From contig JBHGNT010000052.1 in NCBI GenBank assembly GCA_043228905.1, forward strand, positions 1 through 64,000: a DNA stretch of 64,000 bases, given 5' to 3'. The stretch's first letter is position 1, and every line of letters starts with the position of its first letter. The position numbers and the translations under genes are program-made. The stretch is from Azolla caroliniana (Eukaryota > Plantae > Polypodiophyta). The notes under the pieces are model-generated. The model made no database searches, was not told the origin of the DNA, and saw nothing but the letters and a program-made list of their open reading frames with translations. Positions 1 through 11,030 of this stretch are shown here, piece after piece.

Positions 1-146
1 ACTCAAACACAGACAGTGTGTGTGAGAGAGACAGAGACAGAGGCTATGGTGTATCTTCTTCAAGCTCTCTGATTCCTCTCTTCTTTTATTTTATTGAGCT
101 TTTCCCCCTGTCATACTTTTTCCTCTGTTGGGTGGATTCAGCAACG

Positions 147-3100
147 ATGGAAGTGACCAAATTACAACAGAAATTCGCGGATTTCAGGAATGACATGTTT
201 CAAGAGGTGGGCTTTCTTTCCTCTCTATTTTGTACCTCTCTCTCTGCCTTCTCTTATCTGTTGAAACTCCGTGTTCTTATCTTCTGAATTTCGAGAGCGT
301 GAGAGAGATTCATACATCTAATATAAAACCATGTCCTTGAAATAAAACAAAGCAAAGAGAAAAAAACAAAAAAAACAAAATAGAAATGAGAATTTTCACT
401 AGACTCCATTCCCTTTACATGGCTCCTCTTCTCTGGATCTCTCCTGTTGATTGATGCATGAAGTCCGACATGACATTTTTGAAAAGCATTGTAAAACGTC
501 TCTATTTCCCCTATACATAAATTCTCTTTTTCTTCATCCTTAGTGGCGAATACATACAGCCCTATACTTGATAACTCTTCTATTTCCAATCTTAATCATT
601 ATTTGTTGCATCAAATTCCTCAAGCCATTGATAAAGACACACACACACCCATATCCTGGTATTTTGAGCTTCTCTCATTTTCTTGTGGAAATGGGTTACT
701 TAAAACTCAGACGTAACTCCTCAAAACACTACCTCTATATTGGGTATCTCAATAATTCAGAAGAAGTCATGGACTACAAAGATGCACCATCAACGTATCG
801 AGTTCTCTAAAGTAGATATCCCAATCTTTCAGAAGAAATGGGAACCCTGAAAGGTGTCATGAACCAGGTCAAGTATTTGATTTTGTAGAAGACCAATGTA
901 TAAAAATGAGCGAAAAAAGAACCCTCTTTGTGAAACTTTTCTTGTAACCCCTATAGCTCCATGATACATCTCTAAGTGCATTTGGTTTATCCCAATTACA
1001 AGGGTTGATTTGGACATAGAGTTCCTGCTAGTAACACTGAATTTAGTTCAAATTCCTCCTGACTACTAGTTAGTGGTTGGTTAGTAAGTAGACTGGCCTG
1101 GCCATCTTGTCCATGGCATGGTTGAAACTTGGTTTAGTCTATCATAAGACCCCAAGGCACTCAAAGTGTATCGACATGACACATCTTTGTTCTTAGAAGT
1201 CCGCATATGAAGTAAGTAGGTCATCACAAAAGATCTTAACCTCCTCTTGCACGTAACTTCCTCTTCCACTGTGTGATGAGAGATTAGCTGTGAAGCATAC
1301 CATCAAGTATAAAACAGTGTTCACATACGTCAGTATCATTTGCGGTCCACTTGTTATGGTTATTTCATTGCATGTGTTGCTGGTCCTCCACCACATGGTA
1401 ATATTAAAGAAGAGAATAATCACAGATGAAACAGAAATGACAGGGTTATACCTTCTCAATGCAGGGATTTCTAGATGACCAGTTTACTCAGCTTCAAATG
1501 CTTCAAGATGAAAGCAATCCAGATTTTGTTGCTGAAGTCATCAATCTGTTTGCTGAAGATTCGGAAAGGCTCCTCTCAGAGCTTACAAAAGCACTGTACG
1601 TTTTTATTAACTTTGTGTGAGATGGCTCTATTTGTCACACGTTCTGTACTTAGCTTCTAATCCTAGCACTTGTTGCAGTGAGCAAGAACCGATCAATTTC
1701 AAGAAGGTAGACGCATATGTGCATCAGTTCAAAGGAAGCAGTTCTAGGTTTGTACTTGTCTAACATATATTCAACAGAGGCAGATGTTGTCTACACACCA
1801 CCTTTAGACCTCCTTTTTGTATGTTACCCAAGCATGCCCCTTAGATCTCCTCACTATAGCTCTACCTATAGCCAATAGAGATCAGTTCGTTCCCACAATT
1901 GCTATCATTATCTAGTGAAAAAAAGTTACTAAAAATAAAGATACTTCTGTTTGATCTCTTAAGTTACTCTAGATTGTAGAGGTATTGCAGATAAATGAGT
2001 GTCACATGCTACATGAGCACAAAATGATTTGAGATGAAAGAGAAAACGGGGCATTTTTTGCACGGTGTATAATATCAGGAAGTTGTTTTTGCTGCGTTTT
2101 GCAGTGTCGGTGCTCAGCGAATTAAAGCTGTGTGCTTGGATTTTCGAGCCTATGCAGACGCAAGCAACAAAGAAGCGTAGATACACCAACACTCATTTAT
2201 GTATAATTAGCTGCGATCTTTTCGAATTCTATAGTTATCATTTCTTTTTGTGCTCGAATGTGTCTACAGGTGTTTGCAGGCTCTACAGCAGATCAAACAA
2301 GAGTTTTATGCTGTTAGAGAGAAGCTCGATACTTTGATGCAGGTGAAGATATCTGCATGCACACTCCACTACATTTTTGGGGGATTATTTTTGTATTTGT
2401 CTAACATATATTCAACAGAGGCAGATGTTGTCTACACACCACCTTTAGACCTCCTTTTTGTATGTTACCCAAGCATGCCCCTTAGATCTCCTCACTCTAG
2501 CTCTACCTATAGTCAATAGAGATCAGTTCGTTCCCACAATTGCTATCATTATCTAGTGAAAAAAAGTTACTAAAAATAAAGATACTTCTGTTTGATCTCT
2601 TAAGTTACTCTAGGTTGTAGAGGTATTGCAGATAAATGAGTGTCTCATGCTACATGAGCACAAAATGATTTGAGATGAAAGAGAAAACAGGGCATTTTTT
2701 GCACGGTGTATAATATCAGGAAGTTGTTTTTGCTGCGTTTTGCAGTGTAGGTGCTCAGCGAATTAAAGCTGTGTGCTTGGATTTTCGAGCCTATGCAGAC
2801 GCAAGCAACAAAGAAGCGTAGATACACCAACACTCATTTATGTATAATTAGCTGCGATCTTTTCGAATTCTATAGTTATCATTTCTTTTTGTGCTCGAAT
2901 GTGTCTACAGGTGTTTGCAGGCTCTACAGCAGATCAAACAAGAGTTTTATGCTGTTAGAGAGAAGCTCGATACTTTGATGCAGGTGAAGATATCTGCATG
3001 CACACTCCACTACATTTTTGGGGGATTATTTTTGTATTTGTCTAACATATATTCAACAGAGGCAGATGTTGTCTACACACCACCTTTAGACCTCCTTTTT

Positions 3101-5846
3101 GTATGTTACCCAAGCATGCCCCTTAGATCTCCTCACTCTAGCTCTACCTATAGTCAATAGAGATCAGTTCGTTCCCACAATTGCTATCATTATCTAGTGA
3201 AAAAAAGTTACTAAAAATAAAGATACTTCTGTTTGATCTCTTAAGTTACTCTAGGTTGTAGAGGTATTGCAGATAAATGAGTGTCTCATGCTACATGAGC
3301 ACAAAATGATTTGAGATGAAAGAGAAAACAGGGCATTTTTTGCACGGTGTATAATATCAGGAAGTTGTTTTTGCTGCGTTTTGCAGTGTAGGTGCTCAGC
3401 GAATTAAAGCTGTGTGCTTGGATTTTCGAGCCTATGCAGACGCAAGCAACAAAGAAGCGTAGATACACCAACACTCATTTATGTATAATTAGCTGCGATC
3501 TTTTCGAATTCTATAGTTATCATTTCTTTTTGTGCTCGAATGTGTCTACAGGTGTTTGCAGGCTCTACAGCAGATCAAACAAGAGTTTTATGCTGTTAGA
3601 GAGAAGCTCGATACTTTGATGCAGGTGAAGATATCTGCATGTACACTCCACTACATTTTTGGGGGATTATTTTTGTATTTGTCTAACATATATTCAACAG
3701 AGGCAGATGTTGTCTACACACCACCTTTAGACCTCCTTTTTGTATGTTACCCAAGCATGCCCCTTAGATCTCCTCACTCTAGCTCTACCTATAGTCAATA
3801 GAGATCAGTTCGTTCCCACAATTGCTATGATTATCTAGTGAAAAAAAGTTACTAAAAATAAAGATACTTCTGTTTGATCTCTTAAGTTACTCTAGGTTGT
3901 AGAGGTATTGCAGATAAATGAGTGTCACATGCTACATGAGCACAAAATGATTTGAGATGAAAGAGAAAACAGGGCATTTTTTGCACGGTGTATAATATCA
4001 GGAAGTTGTTTTTGCTGCGTTTTGCAGTGTAGGTGCTCAGCGAATTAAAGCTGTGTGCTTGGATTTTCGAGCCTATGCAGACGCAAGCAACAAAGAAGCG
4101 TAGATACACCAACACTCATTTATGTATAATTAGCTGCGATCTTTTCGAATTCTATAGTTATCATTTCTTTTTGTGCTCGAATGTGTCTACAGGTGTTTGC
4201 AGGCTCTACAGCAGATCAAACAAGAGTTTTATGCTGTTAGAGAGAAGCTCGATACTTTGATGCAGGTGAAGATATCTGCATGCACACTCCACTACATTTT
4301 TGGGGGATTATTTTTGTATTTGTCTAACATATATTCAACAGAGGCAGATGTTGTCTACACACCACCTTTAGACCTCCTTTTTGTATGTTACCCAAGCATG
4401 CCCCTTAGATCTCCTCACTCTAGCTCTACCTATAGTCAATAGAGATCAGTTCGTTCCCACAATTGCTATGATTATCTAGTGAAAAAAAGTTACTAAAAAT
4501 AAAGATACTTCTGTTTGATCTCTTAAGTTACTCTAGGTTGTAGAGGTATTGCAGATAAATGAGTGTCTCATGCTACATGAGCACAAAATGATTTGAGATG
4601 AAAGAGAAAACAGGGCATTTTTTGCACGGTGTATAATATCAGGAAGTTGTTTTTGCTGCGTTTTGCAGTGTAGGTGCTCAGCGAATTAAAGCTGTGTGCT
4701 TGGATTTTCGAGCCTATGCAGACGCAAGCAACAAAGAAGCGTAGATACACCAACACTCATTTATGTATAATTAGCTGCGATCTTTTCGAATTCTATAGTT
4801 ATCATTTCTTTTTGTGCTCGAATGTGTCTACAGGTGTTTGCAGGCTCTACAGCAGATCAAACAAGAGTTTTATGCTGTTAGAGAGAAGCTCGATACTTTG
4901 ATGCAGGTGAAGATATCTGCATGCACACTCCACTACATTTTTGGGGGATTATTTTTGTATTTGTCTAACATATATTCAACAGAGGCAGATGTTGTCTACA
5001 CACCACCTTTAGACCTCCTTTTTGTATGTTACCCAAGCATGCCCCTTAGATCTCCTCACTCTAGCTCTACCTATAGTCAATAGAGATCAGTTCGTTCCCA
5101 CAATTGCTATGATTATCTAGTGAAAAAAAGTTACTAAAAATAAAGATACTTCTGTTTGATCTCTTAAGTTACTCTAGGTTGTAGAGGTATTGCAGATAAA
5201 TGAGTGTCACATGCTACATGAGCACAAAATGATTTGAGATGAAAGAGAAAACAGGGCATTTTTTGCACGGTGTATAATATCAGGAAGTTGTTTTTGCTGC
5301 GTTTTGCAGTGTAGGTGCTCAGCGAATTAAAGCTGTGTGCTTGGATTTTCGAGCCTATGCAGACGCAAGCAACAAAGAAGCGTAGATACACCAACACTCA
5401 TTTATGTATAATTAGCTGCGATCTTTTCGAATTCTATAGTTATCATTTCTTTTTGTGCTCGAATGTGTCTACAGGTGTTTGCAGGCTCTACAGCAGATCA
5501 AACAAGAGTTTTATGCTGTTAGAGAGAAGCTCGATACTTTGATGCAGGTGAAGATATCTGCATGCACACTCCACTACTTTTTTGGGGGATTATTTTTGTA
5601 TTTGTAACTACCCTTATGATTTGTGTGTGCTCTTTACGATTTAAAAGGCCGAATTAATAATACCATTGTTGGAATTAACCCCATTAATCGATTTATTAAT
5701 TAGTCCCATTGCGACAATCTGGAAACTTCCCATCTCTTTTCTACGAATTCCCTTCATCTGGAATTAATTCTGGTTTTCGATCTTCTTTTTCATAGCTTGA
5801 AAAGCAAATTATTGCTGCTGGGGGAGTTGTTCCGATGATAGAGTGA
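147..5846 (+). CDS. AHP: Histidine-containing phosphotransfer protein (AHP/HPt family, cytokinin two-component phosphorelay), 6 exons, 151 aa
   Basis: Manual splicing with GT-AG junctions: exon1 147-206 ([20 protein letters not shown]), exon2 1465-1595 ([44 protein letters not shown]), exon3 1679-1747 ([22 protein letters not shown], canonical HQxKGSSxS phospho-His motif), exon4 2105-2176 ([25 protein letters not shown]), exon5 2270-2342 ([24 protein letters not shown]), exon6 5796-5846 ([16 protein letters not shown]). Total 456 nt, in frame. Exons 4 and 5 are each present in six copies. Confidence 0.93.
1760..5605 (+). repeat. 641-bp tandem repeat x6 containing AHP intron3-exon4-intron4-exon5-start of intron5
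   Basis: Units start at 1760, 2401, 3042, 3683, 4324 and 4965; the ORF track repeats with a 641 offset (2250, 2891, 3532, 4173, 4814). Units are near-identical with a few SNPs. Confidence 0.97.
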
Positions 5847-6340
5847 AGCCGATGGTTTGGAGGTGTGTTGTGTGGATTAGAGAATGCTGCCTCTTTCTGT
5901 TGCATGAACCTGGAGATTTGGAATGAGAAGTTGCTTAGCATCTCAGCTGAAGTCATGTGCTCTGTTGGAGGCCTGGACATACTACTCATTTTACGTACTA
6001 TTGGCTCCATTCTCCGAGATTTAATATCTTTTAGGTTGTTAATACTTGTAGTGTTTACTATATAGTCAGTAGTGGCCGATGTTTTCACATGTGATTATAA
6101 GTTGAGTGATTCAAACTTTGATCTTTGATGTGGCAAGGCCTTTGTTTGCTTTAGAGCTTATGTATTCATGATAAATAATGTCATTTAATTCAATTGTCGT
6201 TGGAGATTGATCTTCTGTTTTAGTTGTGGCCTATGATGGTGTATGTATTGAGAACAAGGTAGCAAACAGAGCACAAAAATCTACCACATCTTACAAACAG
6301 GAATAATGCTACTCACTTCCAAGTAGACAGGTAATGCAAG

Positions 6341-6844
6341 GATTTCGTTAAACTGATTGCAACATATGATATGGTGTGTATTAATTATAACATATAATAA
6401 GCAAGAAGGAGGGCTAGTAATAAACACACCGAGTCCGCTAAAACCAAACAAAAAGAAGAAGACACGGAGGTGAAAATGGTAAAGATGGCATAGAGAACAC
6501 ACATGTATGTATGTATGTATGCCGTTAGATAGAATAGAATAGATAGCTGTTTAACATTTTTTTCCACGACAGCTATCTCGCCATGCCGCATGATTTCGTT
6601 AAACTGATTGCAACGTATGATATGGTGTGTATTAATTATAACATATAATAAGCAAGAAGGAGGGCTAGTAATAAACACACCAAGTCCGCTAAAACCAAAC
6701 AAAAAGAAGAAGACACGGAGGTGAAAATGGTAAAGATGGCATAGAGAACACACATGTATGTATGTATGTATGCCGTTAGATAGAATAGAATAGATAGCTG
6801 TTTAACATTTTTTTTCCACGACAGCTATCTCGCCATGCCGCATG
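6341..6844. repeat. 251-bp tandem duplication (2 copies) including (TATG)n and a small inverted repeat
   Basis: GATTTCGTTAAACTGATTGCAAC... at 6341 and 6592; both copies end ...CCATGCCGCATG. Confidence 0.93.
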
Positions 6845-7887
6845 TTCTGGTTTCAGGTCGGTCTTCATAGAGAAACCGAAAAGAAGAAGAAGAAGAAGAA
6901 GCAACCCCACTTGTATGGATAGACTACGCACCATATAGTTTAGCGAGCATATGACTAATAATCATAATGGTCCTATATGTATGTATGTATGTATTTGGGT
7001 CCATGGGGTCCAACCAGAAAACCAGTTACCCTACCTGCGCACGGATTATAGATACACACACACAGCATAATCTCTCTCTAATTATCTCATACGTCCTATA
7101 ATGTAGCTAGCTCCTGCACAATTCCATATTCCATATGCTTTGCTTGAATGAGCGATGATGAATGATGAGGATGGAAGAGGTCATAATGGAAGGGTGGGAG
7201 GGAGAGTGGTGGGCGAGGAGGAGCATGGATATGGAGGTGGCCTCCTCTCCTCCTCTTCTCAGGCTTTGCTTTCGGGGTTGCCTGTCTCGTCCTTTCCAAC
7301 CTCCGCCCCTGCCATCCTCCTTAATACATCATATTCCATACCTTACCTTACATACAGCGCCGGGATGCCCCCCCAGACCTCTATTGATTGCACAATCATA
7401 TCGTCTGGTGAATCCTCTTCTTTTCTCTTAATTCCTGTTTCTCTTTCTCGACCTCTCTGCTGGTAGTGCTCGGGCGATCCGCCCGCCGGGGCACCTCAGC
7501 TTATGTCTGTATACCTGTTTATTGTTCCCCTACCGGATCCTTAATCTCCTTTCCCGCATCATTGTTTGTCAGGCCAAGTACCGGAATTTTCTCATTGGTC
7601 AATATCTGAAGGTTTCTATTGTGATTCGTCTTATAAAAGAGAGAGCGAGAGAGAGACAGAGAGAGACAGAGATTGGAACATTAGAAATTTTAATGCGCCA
7701 GTATCTAATTTCCTCATTCAGTGATGGCAGTGCATTCACCTGCACATAACTATTGATATAGAACAGGGAAGGCTCTGTTGGTTTTTGTGAAGGTAGAGCC
7801 GTTCCATGTATCAAAAAGTATATAGCATAGAAGCTTAAGAATGCCACAACTACTACACTGAGATAAAGTACGTTTTTATTATTATCA

Positions 7888-9840
7888 ATGAGCAAGGACA
7901 GTGTTCAAAGTATTTTGATGTTGTTGAAATGTTGTACCAGAGAGAAGGATCTATGTAAAGGTCACAGAATGCACGAGGATATCCTTAAGAGGGGATTGCT
8001 GAAGAAGAGCGTTTACATAGGAACAGCCTTAGTGGATTTGTATGCTAAATGTGGTGCTCTTTCCAAAGCACAACTCGTCTTTGATGAGCTCCCAACTCAG
8101 AATGTAGTCTCATGGACGGCCCTCATTGGAGGGTATGCTCAATATGGGCATGGGGAAAAAGCTCTCTGTTGCTTTGAGAAGATGCAACAAAAGGGGTTGT
8201 CCCCTGATGCACTCACCTATGTTTGCATTCTGAAAGCTTGTAGTAGCATTAAAGATGCTCAAAAGGGAAGCGAGATTCATGCAGAAATTGTGAAACATGG
8301 GATGTTGGGAAATGACAGTGTGCTTGGCACTGCATTAGTCGATATGTATGTGAAATGTGGTGCATTTGCAAAGGCACAGCAAGTGTTTGATGTGCTTCCA
8401 ATCCAAAATATAGTATCTTGGAATGTGCTGATTTCAGGATATTGCCAGCATGGCCATTGCGAAGAAGCATTGAGGTGTTTCCAGAAAATGCGATGTCACG
8501 GGGTTTCTCCCAATTCAATCACATTTGCTTGCGTCCTAAAAGCCTGTGGCAACCTTGGAGCAGTGGAGAAGGGTAAAAACATCCATCAAGAGATTCTTAG
8601 GGAAGGATATCTCGAAAATGATAGTATGCTGGGAAATGCATTGGTGGAAATGTATGCGAAATGTGGTGATCTTGCAAAGGCACAAGACGTGTTTGATAAT
8701 CTCAATGTATGGGATGTAATTGGCTTTACTTCATTGATCACTGGATATGACCAACATGGATATGGTGACAAAGCTCTCAAATGCTTTGAACAGATGCGAA
8801 GCAAAGGCCTCTCCCCTGATGCAATGACCTTTACTTGCATCCTGAAAGCCTGTGGCAGCATGGGAGCTGCTGAGATGGGCAGAGAAATCCATGCTGATAT
8901 TGTCAAAGAAGGACTGCTGGTGCATGATAGTGTCCTCGGAAATGCATTAGTGAATATGTATGCCAAGTGCGGCGCGCTTGCAATGGCACAACAAGTGTTT
9001 GATGAGATATCGATGCGGGACATAGTCTCGTGGACTTCTCTAATTTCAGGCTATGGAAAGCATGGGCATGGTGAGGAGACATTAAACTGTTTCCAAAGAA
9101 TGCAACTTGAGGGTCTCTATCCGAATACGGTGACCTTTGCGTGCTTATTGCAAACTTGTGGAAGCTTAGGTGCAATGGAGAAAGGTAAAGAAATACATGC
9201 TGAGCTTGTGAAGGAGGGACTCCTGGGAAAAGACACTATGCTTGGCAATGCATTGGTGGACATGTACTCCAAATGTGGAGCAATTGTGAAAGCTGAAGAA
9301 GTATTTCACAAGCTTCCTATTCGGGGTGTTGTTGCCTGGACTGCATTGATTGCTGGATATTCCCAAATGGGAAGATATGATGCTGTTTTCAACTCCTTAA
9401 ACAAAATGATAGGAGAAGGTATTGAGCCAAACATGATTACATTCCTTGTTGTCCTTAGTGCATGCAGTTCATCTGGTTTAGTGGATGAAGGCCAAATGTA
9501 CTTTGAGGCCATGACGTCAGGCTACTGCATTGCTCCTACTATACAGCATTATACATGTATGATAGATCTTTTTGGGCGAGGGGGACATTTTGACAAGGCG
9601 GTGTCAATGGTTGGGAGGATGCCCTCCCTTGATTATCTTCCTGCATGGTTAGCTTTATTGGGTGCCTGTCAAAAGTGGGGAAATTTGATGCTGGGAAGAT
9701 TGGCCTTTGAACATTCCATAAGATTGGATGAAAAGTGTGCTGTGGCTTATGACTTAATGAGTATGCTTTATTTAGCTGCTGGTATGCAAGACAATATGGC
9801 AATTGTCGAATCTATGAGGATGGAAAATAAAGCTTGGTAG
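7888..9840 (+). CDS. Pentatricopeptide repeat protein, PLS class with E1/E2 extension and no DYW domain (putative organellar RNA-editing specificity factor)
   Basis: Uninterrupted 650-aa ORF with five L-S-P triplets (e.g. GTALVDMYVKCG...AQQVFD, NIVSWNVLISGY, PNSITFACVLKAC), then L2 (ITFLVVLSACSSSGLVDEG), S2 (HYTCMIDLFGRGG), E1 (WLALLGACQKWGN) and E2 (AYDLMSMLYLAAG). The true start or a transit-peptide exon may lie upstream. Confidence 0.92.
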   Translation: MSKDSVQSILMLLKCCTREKDLCKGHRMHEDILKRGLLKKSVYIGTALVDLYAKCGALSKAQLVFDELPTQNVVSWTALIGGYAQYGHGEKALCCFEKMQQKGLSPDALTYVCILKACSSIKDAQKGSEIHAEIVKHGMLGNDSVLGTALVDMYVKCGAFAKAQQVFDVLPIQNIVSWNVLISGYCQHGHCEEALRCFQKMRCHGVSPNSITFACVLKACGNLGAVEKGKNIHQEILREGYLENDSMLGNALVEMYAKCGDLAKAQDVFDNLNVWDVIGFTSLITGYDQHGYGDKALKCFEQMRSKGLSPDAMTFTCILKACGSMGAAEMGREIHADIVKEGLLVHDSVLGNALVNMYAKCGALAMAQQVFDEISMRDIVSWTSLISGYGKHGHGEETLNCFQRMQLEGLYPNTVTFACLLQTCGSLGAMEKGKEIHAELVKEGLLGKDTMLGNALVDMYSKCGAIVKAEEVFHKLPIRGVVAWTALIAGYSQMGRYDAVFNSLNKMIGEGIEPNMITFLVVLSACSSSGLVDEGQMYFEAMTSGYCIAPTIQHYTCMIDLFGRGGHFDKAVSMVGRMPSLDYLPAWLALLGACQKWGNLMLGRLAFEHSIRLDEKCAVAYDLMSMLYLAAGMQDNMAIVESMRMENKAW

Positions 9841-9919
9841 ACTGATTTTGTTCAAATCCTAGATATTGATGATGATGATGATGCAAGAGACATCATAAGA
9901 CAAGATGGACTGCATAAAC

Positions 9920-10275
9920 TGTTATACATGTATCCCCGTAGGAGATTCATAGCGTCGCCGAAGATTCGTAGCGGCGTAGGAGATTCGTGTGGCAAGCATT
10001 GGAGTATCCGGCTCGGCTGAAGCGTCTATCTATTGTTGGGCATCTTCGACATTGAAGAAAGGGACATGCTATTCACAGGTATTTCCCTTTGTTAAACCCT
10101 CTTATCGTCCGTCATATTCGAAATTCGTTTGGGTGGAAATAAGTTGTGGTGGGAGATACCCCCTTTGTCATCCACCTCTCTATTCCTCTTGTTCATCCCT
10201 TCATCCTTCACTATCTGTGTATTTCGATTAAGAGCATATTATCTCTTGAATTTTCTGCTTTATTGAGTGTTATCA
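9920..10275 (+). repeat. 5' LTR of copia element (chimeric)
   Basis: Matches the 3' LTR only over 9920-9937 and 10158-10275. Confidence 0.88.
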
Positions 10276-10276
10276 G

Positions 10277-10288
10277 TGGTATCAGAGC
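10277..10288 (+). promoter_or_regulatory. Primer-binding site complementary to the initiator tRNA-Met 3' end
   Basis: TGGTATCAGAGC one base after the LTR-terminal CA. Confidence 0.9.
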
Positions 10289-10289
10289 T

Positions 10290-11030
10290 TGAGAAAGAAA
10301 GAAGAAAGAAAGATATATTAACGTCTTTTAAGAGGCCAAAATGGCCTATAAGACCGAATAAGAGATTACATCTTAAATGTTTTCTCGTCTTTGAGAACAA
10401 ATCAAAATAAAGTAAATATTACACAATAAATATAAAAGTAAATAAGATGAAGAGAAAAGAGACGAGAGAATCTGGTTTTTGGCACATGCGAGATTCTCAA
10501 GTTAGGTGTATTGTAGCCTCTGTCTCCGAAAGATCTCTATCATAGGTCGATCTAGAATGGAAATGTCTCCAAAGCGAGGGAAGCACCTACGATGGCGGGA
10601 GATAATGGCTTTTATTTGTCGATGACAAGGGTGTCGGGGTCGTGGTCCATGGGGCCGGGGCCTACGTGCACGGCAAATTGCCATTGCCCGATCAATCGTA
10701 ACCCCTTTGTTATATCCTGGTCTGGATCCCATTTCTGTATCCTGGGGTTGATTTCTAGCATTAGGAGTGATCGAGCTAAAGAAAGTTGTGATTGTTCTTT
10801 GTGGATGAGCTTGTGTGGCTGTATTCTTCAACAACTTTTCCCGATGTCTCTTGAGCTCGAGCAAGAAAAGTCCTAGGCATCTTTGGTCCTCATATTCCAT
10901 TACCTTGCGTAGTGGGCCAAAGCCTTGTTTAAAGAGGCAATGGTATCTCCCTCTGATTTCATAAAAGACACTACAATGACAAACGTAGTGTTCTTCAGAT
11001 TCCACTCCTTGATGACACAATTGGCACATC
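10290..11030 (-). mobile_element. 5'-truncated non-LTR retrotransposon (LINE) fragment: ORF2 C-terminus, 3' UTR and simple-repeat tail
   Basis: Minus ORF 10502-11038 begins CQLCHQGVESEEHYVCHC (C-x2-C-x8-H-x4-C zinc motif typical of LINE ORF2 C-termini), followed by ~200 bp of AT-rich UTR ending in a (TCTT)n-like tail (plus strand GAAAGAAAGAAGAAAGAAAG at ~10293-10312). Confidence 0.72.

Noticed and set aside
254-1460. Short ORFs in AHP intron 1, possibly an old TE fragment
   Set aside because: No recognisable domain motif, termini or TSD by eye.
1959-5542. Repeated 62-90 aa ORFs on both strands in the 641-bp array
   Set aside because: They are read-throughs of AHP exons into introns, or antisense frames; the spliced AHP model explains the region.
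7096-7466. Purine-rich then pyrimidine-rich stretch with short ORFs (possible miRNA hairpin or small gene)
   Set aside because: Complementarity is low-complexity only and no known miRNA or protein motif was seen; more likely promoter or 5' UTR of the PPR gene.
8110-9802. Minus-strand ORFs overlapping the PPR gene
   Set aside because: Antisense shadows of the PPR coding frame with no independent motifs.
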